A stretch of DNA of 32,000 nucleotides from Candidatus Saccharimonadota bacterium (GTDB lineage Bacteria; Pseudomonadota; Gammaproteobacteria; Enterobacterales; Enterobacteriaceae). The stretch is taken from positions 448,827 through 480,826 of the forward strand of contig CP145877.1 in the NCBI GenBank assembly GCA_045690015.1, in the 5' to 3' direction. The notes beneath the pieces are model-generated. The model saw only the letters and a program-made list of their open reading frames with translations, ran no database searches and had not been told where the DNA came from. Positions 29,918 to 32,000 of this stretch are shown piece after piece; position 1 is the first letter of the stretch; each line of letters opens with the position of its first letter. The translations under genes were made by a program, and so were the position numbers.

Positions 29918-31126
29918 ATGAACTTACATGAATATCAGGCAAAAAAATTGTTAGCACAGTATGGTTTACCAATACCCGTTGGCTATGTGTGTACTACTCC
30001 TTGTGAAGCAGTAAAAATAGCTAGTAAAATTGATAAAGCACCATGGATTGCTAAATGCCAAATTCATGCTGGAGGTCGTGGAAAAGCTGGAGGAGTAAAA
30101 CTAGTAACCAATCCAAAGGATCTGAAAAAGTTTGTAGAAGAGTGGTTGGGGTCTCGTTTAAGAACATCTCAAACTAGTGAATATGGACAACCAGTTAATC
30201 AAATCCTTATTGAAGGTGCAATAAAAATTTATAAAGAACTATATTTATCAGTTCTGATTGATCGTAGTATATCTTGTATCACAGTTATAGGTTCGACTGA
30301 AGGGGGTGTGAATATTGAAAAGATAGCTCAAGAAAAACCACATTTGTTGCACAAAATCATAATTGACCCTCTTATAGGTGCACAACCTTTTCAAGGTCGT
30401 AGTCTTGCATTAAAAATAGGACTGACGGGTGATTTAATAGTCCAATTTGTCAGTATTTTTATGAAATTAATAAAATTATTTATTGAATGTGATTTGCTTT
30501 TAGCAGAAATTAATCCCTTAGTAATAACTACAGAAAATAATCTGCTTTGTCTTGATGCTAAGTTAATTTTAGATAGTAATTCTTTATTTAGGCAATTAGA
30601 ATTAGGAAATCAAAAAGATCTTAATCAAGAAGATCCGATTGAGGCATACGCAGATAAATGGAAACTAAATTATGTAGCTCTCAAAGGAAATATAGGTTGT
30701 ATGGTAAATGGTGCAGGTTTAGCTATGGCTACTATGGATACTATTAAACTTTATGGTGGTGAAGCTGCTAATTTTTTAGATGTAGGAGGTGCAGTAACTA
30801 AAGAACGAGTTACTGAAGCTTTTAAAATAATATTATCTGATTCCAAAGTGAAAGCTATACTAGTAAATATTTTTGGAGGTATTGTAAGCTGTAATTTAAT
30901 TGCTGAAGGAATTATCAAAGCAGTATTCGAAGTTGGAATTAAAATTCCAGTAATTGTTCGTTTAGAAGGTAATCAGGCAGATATCGGTGCTAAGAAAATT
31001 TTACTTAGTAATATGAGTATTATTGTAGCTTCTAATTTAACCGAAGCAGTTAAATTAGTTGTTTCAGCAGCTAACGCCAATACCAATAATGAAAAAAATT
31101 ATACAAATACAAATATAGGTTCATAA
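29918..31126 (+). CDS. sucC: Succinyl-CoA synthetase beta subunit
   Basis: 402-aa ORF with [18 protein letters not shown], the ATP-grasp motif [29 protein letters not shown] and NIFGGIV. It carries a roughly 13-aa Asn/Thr-rich C-terminal extension relative to E. coli (388 aa). Confidence 0.96.
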   Translation: MNLHEYQAKKLLAQYGLPIPVGYVCTTPCEAVKIASKIDKAPWIAKCQIHAGGRGKAGGVKLVTNPKDLKKFVEEWLGSRLRTSQTSEYGQPVNQILIEGAIKIYKELYLSVLIDRSISCITVIGSTEGGVNIEKIAQEKPHLLHKIIIDPLIGAQPFQGRSLALKIGLTGDLIVQFVSIFMKLIKLFIECDLLLAEINPLVITTENNLLCLDAKLILDSNSLFRQLELGNQKDLNQEDPIEAYADKWKLNYVALKGNIGCMVNGAGLAMATMDTIKLYGGEAANFLDVGGAVTKERVTEAFKIILSDSKVKAILVNIFGGIVSCNLIAEGIIKAVFEVGIKIPVIVRLEGNQADIGAKKILLSNMSIIVASNLTEAVKLVVSAANANTNNEKNYTNTNIGS

Positions 31127-31134
31127 TCAAAATT

Positions 31135-32000
31135 ATGTCAATTTTAATTAATAAAAATACTAAAGTTATTTGCCAAGGACTAACAGGTAGTCAAGCCACC
31201 ATACATTGTTCACATGCTCTTACTTACGGTACAAAAATTGTAGCAGGAGTGACTCCTGGTAAAGGAGGAGAGTCGCATATAGGTTTGCCTATATACAATA
31301 CCGTAGCAGAAGCAGTAGAAAATACCGGAGCCACTACCTCTGTTATATATGTACCTGCTCCTTTTTGTAAAGATAGTATACTAGAAGCTATTGATAGTGG
31401 TATTACTTTAATAATTACAATTACGGAAGGTATTCCAGTTCATGATATGTTAACAATTAAAAAAAAGTTAGAATACACCAACATATGTATGATTGGCCCC
31501 AATTGTCCCGGAGTGATAACTCCCGGAGAATGTAAGATAGGTATTATGCCAGCTGAAATTCACCAACCTGGTCCCGTAGGTATTGTTTCACGTTCAGGTA
31601 CTTTAACTTATGAAGTTGTTAAACAAATTACTGATGCTGGATATGGTCAATCTACTTGTGTAGGTATAGGAGGAGATCCTATTTCTGGAACTGATTTCAA
31701 ATTTATTTTAAAACTTTTTGAAGATGATCCAGAAACGAAAATGATGGTAATGATTGGTGAAATTGGAGGTATTGCTGAAGAACAAGCTTCTGAATATATC
31801 AAAACATATATAAGTAAGCCTATAATAGCTTATATCGCTGGAATAACTGCACCTAAAGGTAAACGCATGGGTCATGCCGGAGCAATTATATCAAATGGTG
31901 TAGGAACCGCAGAGGCTAAACTCGAATTACTTGAAAAAGCTAGAGTAATTACTATTCGTAATTTCACAGAAATAGGCCAAGCTGTAAAAGACGTATTAAA
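31135..32000 (+). CDS. sucD: Succinyl-CoA synthetase alpha subunit (stop codon just beyond the window end)
   Basis: The ATG at 31135 gives [20 protein letters not shown] (E. coli [20 protein letters not shown]). The frame is open to position 32000 (288 codons plus 2 nt). The phosphohistidine context RMGHAGAII is present. It is not in the ORF track because it has no in-window stop. Confidence 0.95.
   Translation, partial: MSILINKNTKVICQGLTGSQATIHCSHALTYGTKIVAGVTPGKGGESHIGLPIYNTVAEAVENTGATTSVIYVPAPFCKDSILEAIDSGITLIITITEGIPVHDMLTIKKKLEYTNICMIGPNCPGVITPGECKIGIMPAEIHQPGPVGIVSRSGTLTYEVVKQITDAGYGQSTCVGIGGDPISGTDFKFILKLFEDDPETKMMVMIGEIGGIAEEQASEYIKTYISKPIIAYIAGITAPKGKRMGHAGAIISNGVGTAEAKLELLEKARVITIRNFTEIGQAVKDVL

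Noticed and set aside
1-32000. I searched by eye for CRISPR-like spaced repeats, IS or transposase and integrase genes, phage genes, toxin-antitoxin pairs, restriction-modification or other defence genes, and long direct or inverted repeats.
   Set aside because: None was found. All ORFs over 100 codons except one are housekeeping orthologues in conserved order. The only repeats are microsatellite-scale: (TA)5 tracts at about 1813-1822 and 1881-1890, and the lon hexamer triplication.

Overview
This is a gene-dense, AT-rich (roughly 30% G+C by eye) chromosomal segment. It looks like a reduced-genome gammaproteobacterial (Enterobacterales-type) insect endosymbiont; Blochmannia-like is my guess and cannot be verified here. 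Almost every protein aligns by eye to its E. coli K-12 orthologue. In order, the window holds: lon (partial), clpX, clpP and tig on the minus strand; cyoABCD (cytochrome bo3 quinol oxidase, with no cyoE); cspE; a minus-strand run of lipA, lipB, holA, leuS, ybeY and miaB, headed by a four-gene tRNA operon (Met-Leu-Gln-Gln); glnS; fldA; ybfF; ybgI; one atypical DsbB-family membrane protein; and sdhCDAB-sucABCD, with sucD running to the window end. That is 28 protein genes and 4 tRNAs. Intergenic spacers are short and several gene pairs have overlapping stop/start codons. I found no CRISPR array, IS element, integrase, phage gene, toxin-antitoxin pair or recognisable defence gene. The gene order equals two E. 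coli blocks, b0439->b0429 inverted and then b0623->b0729 direct, joined at cyoD|cspE and thinned by many clean deletions. I do not see a convincing novel multi-gene system, so this is largely an ordinary core region of a reduced genome. Three leads are worth following. (1) The non-syntenic DsbB-like gene in the gltA slot lacks the canonical second cysteine pair and has an extra C-terminal helix plus a C-x4-C tail. (2) A rearrangement junction has separated cyoE from cyoABCD. (3) The tRNA operon is degenerate, with 3 of 4 genes lacking an encoded CCA end. All comparisons to E. coli sequences and gene order come from memory, not from a database search.
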